A stretch of DNA of 64,000 nt from a virus (taxonomy: Duplodnaviria; Caudoviricetes): positions 1,034-65,033 of the IMG/VR virus record IMGVR_UViG_3300027969_002497. The stretch is one strand, 5' to 3'. The notes beneath the pieces were generated by a model that was not told where the DNA came from, did not search any database, and saw only the letters and a list, made by a program, of their open reading frames with translations. The translations under genes were made by a program, and so were the position numbers. Positions 49,901 to 56,849 of this stretch are shown one piece after another. Numbering within the stretch: the stretch's first letter is position 1; the number at the start of each line of letters is the position of its first letter.

Positions 49901-50785
49901 ATTGCGTACTGGGCAATGACCCATGACGATGATGACTACCTTGCTCAGGAGCAGGAGACACGCGACAACAACTGGCTGATCCCATCAATGGGTGTCAAGA
50001 TCCCAATCCCATTTGAGGTGGGTGTTCTGTTTAAAGTGATTCCTGAGCGCATCATGGGGTATACCCTAGGTGACGATACAGGGAAGGACTTTGCAGAGTC
50101 TATGGGCCGTGCGGCTTGGAGCACCTTTGGCTTCCTACCTGTACCTCAGACTGCGTTGCCATTGCTTGAGGCCGCTACAAACTACTCGTTCTACACAGGT
50201 AGGAACATTGTAGGTCAGGGTATGGAGGGTGTTTCAGCTGAGTTCCAACAAGGCCCTAGCACCTCCAAGGTTGCATCGTTCTTGGGTGAGAACTTAGGTG
50301 TGTCACCGCTCAAAGTGGATCACATGATTAAGGGCTACACCGGAACCATCGGTACTTACATGGTAGATCTGATGGACTCTATCGGTGATTTAAACAGTGA
50401 GTCTCCTAAGGCTGCGAAACGCTTTGAGCAGATGCCTGTGTTAAAACGCTTTGCAGTGGATCCTGAGGCAAAGGGTACGGTCACCGCCTACTACAAACTG
50501 AAAGACGCAGTTGATGAAACCGTTAGGACAATCAACTTGTTAGAGCGCACCGGTAAGTTTGATGAGTTAGTGCCATACGCTCAAGAGAACGCTAAGCTGT
50601 ACTCAAGCCGTAGTTACATTTCCAGCATGGAAAAACAAATGAAGAAAATGCGGGAGGCCGCACTTCAAATTAACAACTCAAGCATGAGCGCTGAGGAAAA
50701 GCGGGAGGCCTTGAGTGCTGTGAATCAAGCACAGATCAACATGACCCGTCACATACAGAGTGTCAAGAAGATGTTGACAGAGTGA
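40970..50785 (+). CDS. Giant polyvalent virion protein (metallopeptidase, HhH-GPD-like, ART-like x2, ParB-like, LPD38)
   Basis: RHESLH..EEAIA; GPKV..F..N...TVDVWMTR; HDAFGH...ETRGQNSW; YHAT...GIY...GYDG...EQVKSA; DGRHR; IPIPFE...NYSFYTGRNIV...SPLKVDH. Confidence 0.85.
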   Translation: MSIARVQLPDGRIATVEIPDGLSIEQAQTLLNKQFAPKPEEPAIGPAGFSLKDTARTAQQGLYGGLQSLTDIFGAGNVASKELTELQQEAAGKMSEERKAEIARRELLKKKAEGDTWEEIKATVGGFTEAPLQTSIGALASSVPIIASAFLPGGQPAAAAGAAGRIGLGARALAAAKTPAAGIGALMGVGGQKGQDYQAVKEALLAKNFSEADAERLAQEVSGYSLENAPRQLASGLMGGLEGVTGIEGLLGRAGRLGKALPKVEKAVDLPEPTFGQALRKNILGEAAPEAAQAATGQVGTNIAMNQAGIPTDLTSGVAAQVIHDALVGGTLGAATSPLKMREMRQEYVNDEIARKREEDAKIAEGIKKAAAQREQTKQQIVGDQPLLLAGPSQELEPTREVPPLQNPIGNLRPEELGPEVTSYINQYRKANNLPRLNTYSIEDVKDAMTAVNPEGEKAALDSILAAKTGYTGQQTITAKDVQNAAIEKNVATGTKGFSDFLARTTGVNSLDQMSEPQLYAAFKALADMPANTTGQQIVLPEGTNASRFTQKQYDGAVKYVGLTFQENNGKPLSIETILADIKDSTNLATDRDAKALLDTAINNGDLEKSQQVVYRTFKPDTDQLVATYPTRERAEAAAQKQRLNVREATLTQVAPKAPVTPPKAPRAGLPAGYDITERQFKEGEQPEGYQIISEEGGKPFPTVLNQAEVQGKIDQLSTDRREIADNKLQEVLKYEQTVNEGKRELEKMEAAGEFDTDAYKQKKARQAAKEDLLGKRIETLYKEITSLTAPLKSKPVGSKAIARKGFTVTKEGKESGTFPTREAAEESILAGLSDEALDALVSDKKFGGLANRAAAEQNRRRSAPATKGKKVSEVLKDLESGPPIAETPELLAKTKPLRDMLNRFGLGDVALKIVKAIENKANGSYAGKVIELVLDSKQPIRTLRHESLHALKELGFFTDAQWKSLEKMARNTWKQKYLGGSTALLKDGTTGTRLQAYEEMGLSEADILEEAIADAFGDFDVNKAPPGMLTALLNKMRGFFESLNNYLEGRGFENSQDIFGAVEKGQLKAGQAQAGGKKLSVQAAEEGEPVKKVDPNDVSNIVNNSPYKDAGINVLNSQIEKTSKPLEVDDVGVLFDSAYKAEFGKQGDWRNPADFKRAVVQAVDELQVQLQQAKSGLDWYDEDIAKAFELTQRSIPSLKKPEKRALFSVIAGIMSPSTNARDNWVIAAQAYQHYEKTGVLPGTNPATGGLWMGGLESANKKKQLDMLNAMLQPKSKGGLGEKGAVEWLQGSHTVADITKLRAQYGGMGKSNVGGKATDVLPGFTAFGPKVGPFVMNINGIHEVTVDVWMTRTFNRYFGQMMGPDGKMVRAPTEPQRVAIKNLAVLAAQQLGIKPYQVQSVLWFMEQQIFNKLGTGAKSYGFSDGAVKFSETQGGVGGAKVPPANSGSNAVANQPTGQQAGRAGVQAGQPTTRTTQQGVDNATGRKLPVGQTAVRSGTGGRKKLSVQAAEEGQPESAGDRRGRNQGRGLTPLAGAPIISGATGPDPRIVQVAEDYAKQYEISYRRQAVYAEIDEDFSKLIADAYEAMPHAPQDPKVKEAYQDLMRQTRNQYDALVDAGYSFTFFDSNTDPYAGNPFNAMRDLRQNQQMAVYGTYDGYGTDGITGAAVEDNPMLEDTGLRWPDQDGVEHMVTANDLFRAVHDAFGHGLEGAGFRAQGEENAWQAHARLFTGPAVGAITSETRGQNSWLNYGPYGEKNRTAKLEDTVFAEQKTGLLPPWTWQDRLVDDEGLVLGVQQPDAISIKGLHYGKARVAELDSSKYGTGLRGAERRRLEQTDDERIKKRVYFYVQKPDGSTPYPESGVGPYVYTQQFDNVLGSGPTMSRLFNEANGDSNNFESLVVDAGYDGYAVPSMGMMVILNHNTPVKYKGTRSELTDNQKKFSLSEAPPNSLLTKRMSNIGIKSTDDFWKRIQNVMIGTGSRNPSLGAALDTTSTSDQVKQAISVWKQDVAASGIQSYLQRFRIQGAVPELDDVIAGPPSVKKMLLEAGIRPTLGNAIAAYNSLPQSAVNDVRYSLREAPDTPEFKRFFGRSGFINSAGEPMTMYHATDADITEFRSSEDGKLGAGIYMSSVPDYVTQYAPEGNVMPLYASAQNPFILNISGDAIKTLSETRRAYGMGIGQQMEAAVSLLTQGKKRLKDLSGQQVQNLFKRNGYDGILARDDAGNIIEANVFKPEQVKSATGNVGTYSPKSKDIRYSLRDATDMFAGKELEKASKTEYKGRYKLVNMDIDDFMKLSKVAGQDAGAQSRADARVQAGTPFTTVPHLYVDPDGTDLRVTGHDGRHRARALKKAGYDTMPVELRSMIRWSEQIDPESSDYRENWPERIYAEEGALREGASIEMPVTREQSPLNYQAPTKKFSVRSVEDAIKAMPNGDKIHQAVAGKTTAREEKSIARRILDAFAGDSIASLRQQALNRYNQLSVYDKRLADQMGGKALLADSSAEAAALLSDTASGVAAAAFGVNNIGGAPVYRNGVTVVDNFDGKVKGLMDILMPLAELKDPFAYRAFQFYAASKRGSRFEADGREKLFDKDDLAYAAQLEDQYPMFKQVHADWITYNNKLVDYMVATGIISKGKAAEFTKYADYIPFYRQLEGEDTIGPKVFQSISGVKAPKKLKGDTDAPLADFMETIVRNTQSIIQAGMKNTAGQKAVDVALQLGDAELLEKQSSAPGTVTIMRDGEYKSYAVADELFINSVKSLNMPDVKLWGIFAGPAGLLRSMVTKDPGFMLANLLRDSMSAYVTSGVKMTPIADTVANFGRALGGKDPTYQALVKAGILGGYDYAQGVEKSGAQLTADLRKRTGNQTLSERAQDGFGLWSTLEKGTSASDAATRMAVYNRVLEDTGNEAEAIFRALEVMNFNRKGASPIVRLLTAAIPFLNARMQGLDVFYRAGIQPFLDKNPTDRAKAVQKAFFTRGMYLTSLSIAYWAMTHDDDDYLAQEQETRDNNWLIPSMGVKIPIPFEVGVLFKVIPERIMGYTLGDDTGKDFAESMGRAAWSTFGFLPVPQTALPLLEAATNYSFYTGRNIVGQGMEGVSAEFQQGPSTSKVASFLGENLGVSPLKVDHMIKGYTGTIGTYMVDLMDSIGDLNSESPKAAKRFEQMPVLKRFAVDPEAKGTVTAYYKLKDAVDETVRTINLLERTGKFDELVPYAQENAKLYSSRSYISSMEKQMKKMREAALQINNSSMSAEEKREALSAVNQAQINMTRHIQSVKKMLTE

Positions 50786-51059
50786 TACGACCCGTCTCAA
50801 AGAGCCAACCAATGGTTCTGAGATGGGCTGTATCCCAAGCATCAAACTTCTGTTGCTTACTTAGGGTTTTCCCTTGGTCTATGTCTGCATGGCATGTAAA
50901 ACATAAGGCCGCGATTCTGTAGTCGTGGGCCTTGATGCCCATTCCCTTGCCATCACGCTGTTGGTTGGAATGCGCGGCAACCACCGTGCCGTCCTGCTTA
51001 CCGCAGATCTGACAGGGTGATTCCCGCACAATCTCAAGGAGCTTTTTGTTCCGGTACAT
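50763..51059 (-). CDS. DUF1364/YbcO-like HNH-type nuclease
   Basis: CQIC...VVAAHSN...GMGIKAHD...LCFTCH..ID. Confidence 0.75.
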   Translation of the reverse strand: MYRNKKLLEIVRESPCQICGKQDGTVVAAHSNQQRDGKGMGIKAHDYRIAALCFTCHADIDQGKTLSKQQKFDAWDTAHLRTIGWLFETGRITLSTSS

Positions 51060-51258
51060 TCTGTTCCGCTAAGAAGTTGATGTACTTGGCGATTTCCTTG
51101 CCGGTGTAATCAATGTCACCGTACCCCAGAAATCTGGATGCCACTCGTTTAAACACAGCCTGCTGAGCTGCCTGCCAAACTTCGTAGCTCCAGCCACCAT
51201 CACCCTCAAACGACCGACTGCCAATAAACTCACAGTATTCCTTCTGAGACTCAGTCAT
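51034..51258 (-). CDS. Hypothetical protein
   Basis: 74-aa ORF coupled to neighbours. Confidence 0.55.
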   Translation of the reverse strand: MTESQKEYCEFIGSRSFEGDGGWSYEVWQAAQQAVFKRVASRFLGYGDIDYTGKEIAKYINFLAEQNVPEQKAP

Positions 51259-51497
51259 AGGAGGCCTTGGAACTCAGACAGCTTGTGGGCGTAGTGACGT
51301 GCTTTGTCAGCATCGTCAGTGCCGGCTTTACGACCGGCCCTCATGGAGTACTTGATGACGTTACCCTTAAGAAATCCAATGAACTCCTCTGGGGTAAGCA
51401 CTGCCTCCATCACCTCCCAAGGGGAGATTTCCATAGTTTTATAGTGATCGCCATTGACTTGGTAATCGTCAGCGCTTTGGTGAACCATTTCAATCAT
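51255..51497 (-). CDS. DUF3310 (SaV-like) protein
   Basis: QVNGDHY...GFLKGNVIKY..RAG.K...D..KA.HY. Confidence 0.8.
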   Translation of the reverse strand: MIEMVHQSADDYQVNGDHYKTMEISPWEVMEAVLTPEEFIGFLKGNVIKYSMRAGRKAGTDDADKARHYAHKLSEFQGLL

Positions 51498-51669
51498 TTG
51501 TTTTCTCCTGTTTAAACGTTAGGTAATACTGCGCCGGGAACTTTGCTTTTTGTTTTACATATTTACGTAGCCATTCTGCCCCGCCAAGCTCTTTAAACAT
51601 GAGCCACTCAACATCAGACATTTTTACCTGTCTTGCTTTAATTGGCATAGTGGGTTGAGGTCTAGGCAT
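51490..51669 (-). CDS. Small DNA-binding protein (RHH-like)
   Basis: MPRP...RQVKMSD.EW..FKELGGAEWLR. Confidence 0.6.
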   Translation of the reverse strand: MPRPQPTMPIKARQVKMSDVEWLMFKELGGAEWLRKYVKQKAKFPAQYYLTFKQEKTND

Positions 51670-51847
51670 TCTTCGGTCTCCTCGTAGCTCGGAGAGTCCA
51701 ACAGCCGGCACAGTACCATTTGCTAGAACTCATTTGAATACCTCCTTCAGGTGGCTTGATGTTGTCGCATTTGTCGCACTGTTTAAACTTATGCAAATTC
51801 TGCTGCATGCCGTTTAAATCTAGTTGTTGTTTTACAAACCCATTCAC
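51662..51847 (-). CDS. Small Zn-finger protein
   Basis: CDKC...WYCAGC. Confidence 0.6.
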   Translation of the reverse strand: MNGFVKQQLDLNGMQQNLHKFKQCDKCDNIKPPEGGIQMSSSKWYCAGCWTLRATRRPKNA

Positions 51848-52053
51848 TTCTTCATTCCCCTTACAAACGCGGCAAAGCTATGGGCGGTATCGCCAAACGC
51901 TTTCATTGCCTCAAATTCCTTAGCCACCTCCTCCAACACAAAGTTGCGTTGTGATGGGGACACGTAAATGTCGAAGTGGTACGGCTGTCCTGTTTTCATT
52001 TTGTTCTCGTGTTCGATACGTGCGAACTCATCGTCTTCGTCTGTGTGAATCAT
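51844..52053 (-). CDS. Hypothetical protein
   Basis: RNFVLEEVA...FGDT..SFAAFVR; coupled. Confidence 0.6.
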   Translation of the reverse strand: MIHTDEDDEFARIEHENKMKTGQPYHFDIYVSPSQRNFVLEEVAKEFEAMKAFGDTAHSFAAFVRGMKK

Positions 52054-52241
52054 CTCTTCTCCTTATGTATTCTGTCCCAGTGTTCTCCATACTCTTCTTC
52101 AGCCATAGCCCACTGAAATAAAAATACCCACATGTTGACAGTGTCGTGGTGGATTTCGTAGTAACGCTCAGCCTGAGCAAGGTTCTCGGCCTTACATCTT
52201 TCAATGTAGCTTTCTCGCGTGTCATCGTTGTACATAGTCAA
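52050..52241 (-). CDS. Hypothetical protein
   Basis: 63-aa coupled ORF. Confidence 0.5.
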   Translation of the reverse strand: MTMYNDDTRESYIERCKAENLAQAERYYEIHHDTVNMWVFLFQWAMAEEEYGEHWDRIHKEKR

Positions 52242-52585
52242 GTGTTCTTCCCCTTGAGTTTGGTTTCAATGGCAACCCAACAATCTTCTAAGTCTTCCAA
52301 TCTGTAAACTGCTTCTTCAAATTCTTTTTTAGTCAGCCCAACCCATGTGCGCTGTGGTGGGGCAACGTAAATTTTTGTGCTTGGTCTAAAGTCCAAACGC
52401 TCTAATGCAGTATTGGTAAACAGTTCACCAGCCGTCCCAACAGGCTCATCCTTCGCTTCTAGTGCGGCTTTAATTGCGGTGATGGCCTCGTGGTAATCCT
52501 GAGTAAGCGTTAGACCATGAATGTTTGCATCCCTGACTTCTATCAACGCCTCCAATGCAAGGCGTAATGCTTCGTCTTTAGTCAT
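52238..52585 (-). CDS. Mosaic small protein (MTKDEALRLALEAL...WVGLT...KNT)
   Basis: Shares terminal modules with the 59036-59227 gene. Confidence 0.65.
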   Translation of the reverse strand: MTKDEALRLALEALIEVRDANIHGLTLTQDYHEAITAIKAALEAKDEPVGTAGELFTNTALERLDFRPSTKIYVAPPQRTWVGLTKKEFEEAVYRLEDLEDCWVAIETKLKGKNT

Positions 52586-52866
52586 GCTTGTCCCCTTGCT
52601 CGGATTATTTCAGCAGGTTCATGTGGTTCGTAAAACCCAATGCCGTTGTCTCTGTCATCAAACAGTTTTGCACACGCCTCACGCTCTAGCGCAATAGCCA
52701 CATCAACCGCTTTTTCAGCGGCTTTCATTGCCGCGTCAGTTAATCGCTCGCGCTCGGCAGAAGCGACAAGGTTGGCAAAGCGTTCAAGCCTCTCGTCACC
52801 AATTTCAAGATATTCTTTTGACCAACCGCACTTTAGCGCCATGCGAATAATGTCTTCTCTGTTCAT
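52582..52866 (-). CDS. Mosaic small protein (EREACAK...IRARG family)
   Basis: Motif shared with 58647 and 59224 genes. Confidence 0.65.
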   Translation of the reverse strand: MNREDIIRMALKCGWSKEYLEIGDERLERFANLVASAERERLTDAAMKAAEKAVDVAIALEREACAKLFDDRDNGIGFYEPHEPAEIIRARGQA

Positions 52867-53045
52867 GACTCCTCCTGTAGTGATACAGGCATGTAGTGGC
52901 ATGCCTTGCTCTTACTGTTTTTTACATTGACTGTGACGCGACCCTTCGGTTGCTTGGGGTAGTCTGCCCACCGCTTGCAGTTACAGCACTTAGCACTGAT
53001 CTGCTCGGGCTTGCATAGGATATAACCAAACAGTAACGGGATCAT
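52863..53045 (-). CDS. Small Cys-rich protein
   Basis: C..C.NCKRW; coupled. Confidence 0.5.
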   Translation of the reverse strand: MIPLLFGYILCKPEQISAKCCNCKRWADYPKQPKGRVTVNVKNSKSKACHYMPVSLQEES

Positions 53046-53248
53046 TCACCAAGCTCCTCAAAGATTTGATCCGTTAAATCACGTACCCTCTTCAACACAG
53101 CGTTCATGTCTGCCTTGTGTGTAAACTCACCTGTGACAGCCATCTTGATGTTTGTAAGAGCCTTGTACATAATGGGACCCTTTAACGCAAACAACAAGTT
53201 GTCCTCGTCATCAGGGTACGTAAATTCAATGACTGCTTTGGTTTTCAT
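53042..53248 (-). CDS. Hypothetical protein
   Basis: MKTKAVIEF.YP.DE; coupled. Confidence 0.6.
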   Translation of the reverse strand: MKTKAVIEFTYPDDEDNLLFALKGPIMYKALTNIKMAVTGEFTHKADMNAVLKRVRDLTDQIFEELGE

Positions 53249-53402
53249 TTAGGCGTCCCATTGGTTTAAACACAAGCCATTTATCACCTAGCTGCAAAAC
53301 TGAACGCACCCACTTGCGTTGATTGTGTTGGTTGGTATGGTCAGGCACTAGATGATTGTTGTAGATCTGCCTTGCCTTCTGACGTAGTTGCTGTGTCTGC
53401 AT
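53226..53402 (-). CDS. Hypothetical protein
   Basis: NQRKWVRSV..LGDKWL. Confidence 0.6.
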   Translation of the reverse strand: MQTQQLRQKARQIYNNHLVPDHTNQHNQRKWVRSVLQLGDKWLVFKPMGRLNENQSSH

Positions 53403-53625
53403 GCTTGTCTCCTGTGATTTTTTCAATTAATGATGTGGGCATCTTGCTTGCAATCCAAAAGCCCAACTGATTTTTACTGTACCCACGCTCAATCATTTCC
53501 TCCGGTGTACGGCAACGCCTGTCCACCCCGTACTTACCAACACGGTGCCCCGAAAAGGCACCCGTACTGTTGAAGTACTCCTTACAGCCTTGGCACTGAT
53601 TGCGGTCACCCTTTAAAGGAATCAT
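53341..53625 (-). CDS. Phage zinc-binding protein (CxxC...F..HR...C)
   Basis: CQGCKEYFNS..AF..HRVG...RRCRTPEEM. Confidence 0.65.
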   Translation of the reverse strand: MIPLKGDRNQCQGCKEYFNSTGAFSGHRVGKYGVDRRCRTPEEMIERGYSKNQLGFWIASKMPTSLIEKITGDKHADTATTSEGKADLQQSSSA

Positions 53626-53921
53626 GCAACCTCCCGCATAAGGTTCTTGCTGACCTCATCGCAGATCACATCAGCAAATGACTGCCCCGAGGGGAAGCGC
53701 ATCTGACATGCGTGGTGACCGGCAATGACTTCGCAGGCCTTATTTAAACCATCGTTAAAGCCTTGGATGTAAGGGTCCCCCTCAGACATCCGAATGCTTA
53801 GGCCTTCACGCAGAACCTGAGCCATGGTGATGCGTTGCTTTTTAGAAAACTTCTTAAGCTTGACGTAGTCGGCATCGTCGATGTACGTCATAAAGGGTTT
53901 CAGTTTATTAGAATGGGTCAT
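53622..53921 (-). CDS. Ribbon-helix-helix DNA-binding protein (putative)
   Basis: PFMTYID...KLKKFS.K..ITMAQVLRE. Confidence 0.6.
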   Translation of the reverse strand: MTHSNKLKPFMTYIDDADYVKLKKFSKKQRITMAQVLREGLSIRMSEGDPYIQGFNDGLNKACEVIAGHHACQMRFPSGQSFADVICDEVSKNLMREVA

Positions 53922-54297
53922 CAAAGCTCCCTGTTTCAAATTCATGAACTAAGGCATCAAACCTAACCTTAGCCTCAATGTTTCCGTGCAGCTCAGTACG
54001 TGACTGAATTCCACAGCGTTTACACAGCATGTGAGCTGTATCGGTTTCGTTGTCGCACATCAAGAATTCTTGGAAGTCAGGGTTGCGACACAGCATTCCG
54101 GCCTTCTGCACACGGTTGTCGTATGCGGTAGCGGATTCATCGTCCTGTATGCGCACTACTGCGCATGCGTAACGTGCCCCAACAAAGTCGCGAATTAGTT
54201 CTTCGGGCGCTTCGTCAGGGTGTATGGCTAGCGTCAAGACAAAACCGGTACGGTCTTGCTTGAGCGCTACTTTACGTGCTTCAAATTGCATAGCCAT
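53908..54297 (-). CDS. Hypothetical protein
   Basis: AGMLCRNP.FQ.F...CGIQSRTEL. Confidence 0.7.
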   Translation of the reverse strand: MAMQFEARKVALKQDRTGFVLTLAIHPDEAPEELIRDFVGARYACAVVRIQDDESATAYDNRVQKAGMLCRNPDFQEFLMCDNETDTAHMLCKRCGIQSRTELHGNIEAKVRFDALVHEFETGSFDDPF

Positions 54298-54792
54298 TTA
54301 AACGGTCTTCCGTTGGCTGGCAAGGTAATCAACAATGATGTTCAGTCTGTTGATTTCTGCCCGTAGCTTTGCAATTTCTGCATCGTCTTTTGCCATTGTT
54401 TCCCGTAGCACAGCCTGCCCCTTGGTCGGCTCCTGCTTCTTCTCAAGCTCAGCATAAATGCGGTTTACTTGATTGACAGGATCCTCATCAGGCCAAGTAG
54501 GCGTGTTCATGGCAACTGACTTAGCTGTCCACTTACCTTCCGCCATGGCGACAAGATCCTTGGGAGGCCACTTTTTGCGAATCTCCTCACCAATCTTCCA
54601 CATGGTGTGGAACTTCCTCTTAGCGTTAGCACTGCCGGTAAAACCGTATTGGTAATACACCGCCTGTACCTTAGAGCGGGGGAAGCCAAGCTTGTTCACA
54701 ATCATGTCCAAGCTTGCGTAAGGGTGGTCTACAAGAAAATCCAACATAGCGTTGGTTGCGGGTTGTAATTTACGTGATGCTGTGTATCTCAT
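54298..54792 (-). CDS. Putative HTH + coiled-coil protein
   Basis: ASLDMIVNKLGFPRSKVQAV; C-terminal coiled coil. Confidence 0.55.
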   Translation of the reverse strand: MRYTASRKLQPATNAMLDFLVDHPYASLDMIVNKLGFPRSKVQAVYYQYGFTGSANAKRKFHTMWKIGEEIRKKWPPKDLVAMAEGKWTAKSVAMNTPTWPDEDPVNQVNRIYAELEKKQEPTKGQAVLRETMAKDDAEIAKLRAEINRLNIIVDYLASQRKTV

Positions 54793-54803
54793 GACCTGTC
54801 TCC

Positions 54804-55115
54804 TCAGAAAGGAATGTCGCTGTCGTCATCGGGGAACGACTGCGCTTGTGATTCCTGACGAACACTACCTCCCTGTGCGTTAGGCACAAAGCGATCCACT
54901 GCGATAGACAGATAGGTCTTGCCTGACTTGGACACCTTCTTCCAACCGGACAGCTTCACAATCACCAAACCGTTTTCAGTCTTGATGTTGGTGAGATCCT
55001 TCATGTTTAAAGCGATGTTCCCAAAGTAGTCAGGTGACTTAGGGGTCTTCTTGCTTTGGGTTGCAAACAACTGGCCTGAGTCAGGCATTGGTTTGAAATC
55101 AGAATTGGTACTCAT
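54804..55115 (-). CDS. ssDNA-binding protein (putative)
   Basis: PDY.G...LSGWKK...GKTYLS, acidic tail DDDSDIPF. Confidence 0.7.
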   Translation of the reverse strand: MSTNSDFKPMPDSGQLFATQSKKTPKSPDYFGNIALNMKDLTNIKTENGLVIVKLSGWKKVSKSGKTYLSIAVDRFVPNAQGGSVRQESQAQSFPDDDSDIPF

Positions 55116-55258
55116 TTTTGCTCTCCTTTAATAAATTCATAAATGTCGGTTAGTAAATCAAAAAACTCCACCTTCTCTTGGTGCTCAGCAAATACGGCAA
55201 ACGCCATTTCCACTGCCTTAATGCGCAAGCGCTGATCGACTGTTAAGTCGTTATTCAT
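55112..55258 (-). CDS. Small hypothetical protein
   Basis: Manual translation MNNDLTVDQRLRIKAVEMA..., 48 aa, coupled. Confidence 0.55.
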   Translation of the reverse strand: MNNDLTVDQRLRIKAVEMAFAVFAEHQEKVEFFDLLTDIYEFIKGEQK

Positions 55259-55977
55259 TTAGCCTCTCCTTCAGAAAATTGCTTTTTAAGTTCTTGGAAC
55301 TTGGTTAAGACCTGTGTGTACAGGTCGGGGTGCGTCACCTTCAGCGAGTCAAGCTGAAGCTGATTGCTCTTCCAGTAGCTGTTTAAACCAGCTACGGTGG
55401 TGCAGTGGTTGGTGTACTCGACCATTCCGTCTGCAAACAATTGGCGGCTAGCGTCTGAGTTGTCCCAACCATCACCCACTTGCAGGGGCTTGGTCTTCGC
55501 TAGAATCTTTTCGTACTTGGGGCCGTCTTCCTGTTTGGTTAACTCGCCCATTGGAGCTGTCGCCTGTGGCGTAGAAGCGGCTTTTGATTCCTCTTCGGGT
55601 AGGTCTTCCCCTGCGTAGATGTACAGCCCCAAACCGTGCAAAGAGACAGCCTTAGTCATACATCGAACAATTGCGGTGTTGACTTGAAAAGCGTCAGGGT
55701 TCTGAATAGGTTGGTTGCGATGATTCATCACAGGCAACATACAGGTACGTGGCTGACCAAACATGGTTACGGTCACCCAAACCATACCCGTACCGTTGAC
55801 GTCCATGTAGGGCATCTCAGTGTACTGGTCACGCATAAAAGTCTTGACCTCAAAGAATGCGGTTGGGTCAACTTTCAAGGCCTCTTGCCAAGCCCACGCC
55901 CATGACAGGTACGTCAGGCCGTTCTTCTTCTCAGTGTTCTCATTAACATTGACCTTCAACAAATCATGCGACGTCAT
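55255..55977 (-). CDS. Sak-like single-strand annealing protein (DUF1071)
   Basis: EKKNGLTYLSWAWAW, LPVM..RN, RC.TKA...HGLGLYIYAGEDLP. Confidence 0.85.
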   Translation of the reverse strand: MTSHDLLKVNVNENTEKKNGLTYLSWAWAWQEALKVDPTAFFEVKTFMRDQYTEMPYMDVNGTGMVWVTVTMFGQPRTCMLPVMNHRNQPIQNPDAFQVNTAIVRCMTKAVSLHGLGLYIYAGEDLPEEESKAASTPQATAPMGELTKQEDGPKYEKILAKTKPLQVGDGWDNSDASRQLFADGMVEYTNHCTTVAGLNSYWKSNQLQLDSLKVTHPDLYTQVLTKFQELKKQFSEGEAK

Positions 55978-56830
55978 TGAGTTCCCCTTGGTATTGTTTA
56001 CACCACTTGCTGACTCCACAGAAATCTCCTGTGCATCGCTTGGGTTCGCCTTTGCGGGTTTCGACATAGCCTTTTTCCTTTTCTGCCAACTCAGTGGCTT
56101 CTTCTAACGTTTTAAATACTCTGATCGCAGTCTTGCGACCCTCCCTCTTCGTTGCGTAAGTTGTCTCACTCATCCAACGTTCTTCATCGGTGCAAGGCTG
56201 TAGCTCGTCACCAAAATCCTGTGCCACACGGGCGTTGCGGTGCATCTCAAGACGCTCACGTACATAGGTCTCAGTCCTGATGGCGTCCCACATTGGGATG
56301 TCAATCATGATTGCCTCAGCCTCAGGGTAGCCCTCGCTGTTGTCATGGGGGGAGTAGTCCTTGATGATTGCGCAGATCTGCAAGCCTTTGACTGGAACCT
56401 TCTTCACGGTCTCAACCAACCACTTGTAGATATTCAACTGCGTCATCCAGTCATCCTTGCCCTGCTTGACTGACCACGCCTTAACAAACTTGTAATCAAT
56501 GATTACAACCCCGCCATCTACCTGCTTCTGTAGATCGATTGCACCGCTGATGACAATGCCATCGACCTCGGTAAAGATGCGCTCCTCGTTAAGGTAACCC
56601 TCCACTTCCTTGGCTTCAAGCTTGCCGTGCATGAATGTTCCCAGTTGGGATGCAATCATTTTGGTAACGTCTATGGTCATAGACTCATCGTACTGTTCGC
56701 GTAATCTGCGAATCTTTGGTGGCGACATTAGCTCGGTAACGCTATACTGTGAGGAGCCCTTACTGTAATAGTTACGTGAGAGCAAAGCCACTAATGGTGC
56801 GGGTAAGTTCTGCTTATTGGTAATTTCCAT
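55964..56830 (-). CDS. PD-(D/E)XK exonuclease (Cas4-like)
   Basis: GT..H, SGAIDL, IIDYK, QLNIY, C-terminal RC...C..S.WC. Confidence 0.85.
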   Translation of the reverse strand: MEITNKQNLPAPLVALLSRNYYSKGSSQYSVTELMSPPKIRRLREQYDESMTIDVTKMIASQLGTFMHGKLEAKEVEGYLNEERIFTEVDGIVISGAIDLQKQVDGGVVIIDYKFVKAWSVKQGKDDWMTQLNIYKWLVETVKKVPVKGLQICAIIKDYSPHDNSEGYPEAEAIMIDIPMWDAIRTETYVRERLEMHRNARVAQDFGDELQPCTDEERWMSETTYATKREGRKTAIRVFKTLEEATELAEKEKGYVETRKGEPKRCTGDFCGVSKWCKQYQGELNDVA

Positions 56831-56849
56831 CTTCTCTCCTTGGTGTTAT

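Noticed and set aside
55964-56830. Cas4 as part of a CRISPR system
   Set aside because: No cas genes or array are present; the context next to Sak and SSB indicates a recombination exonuclease.
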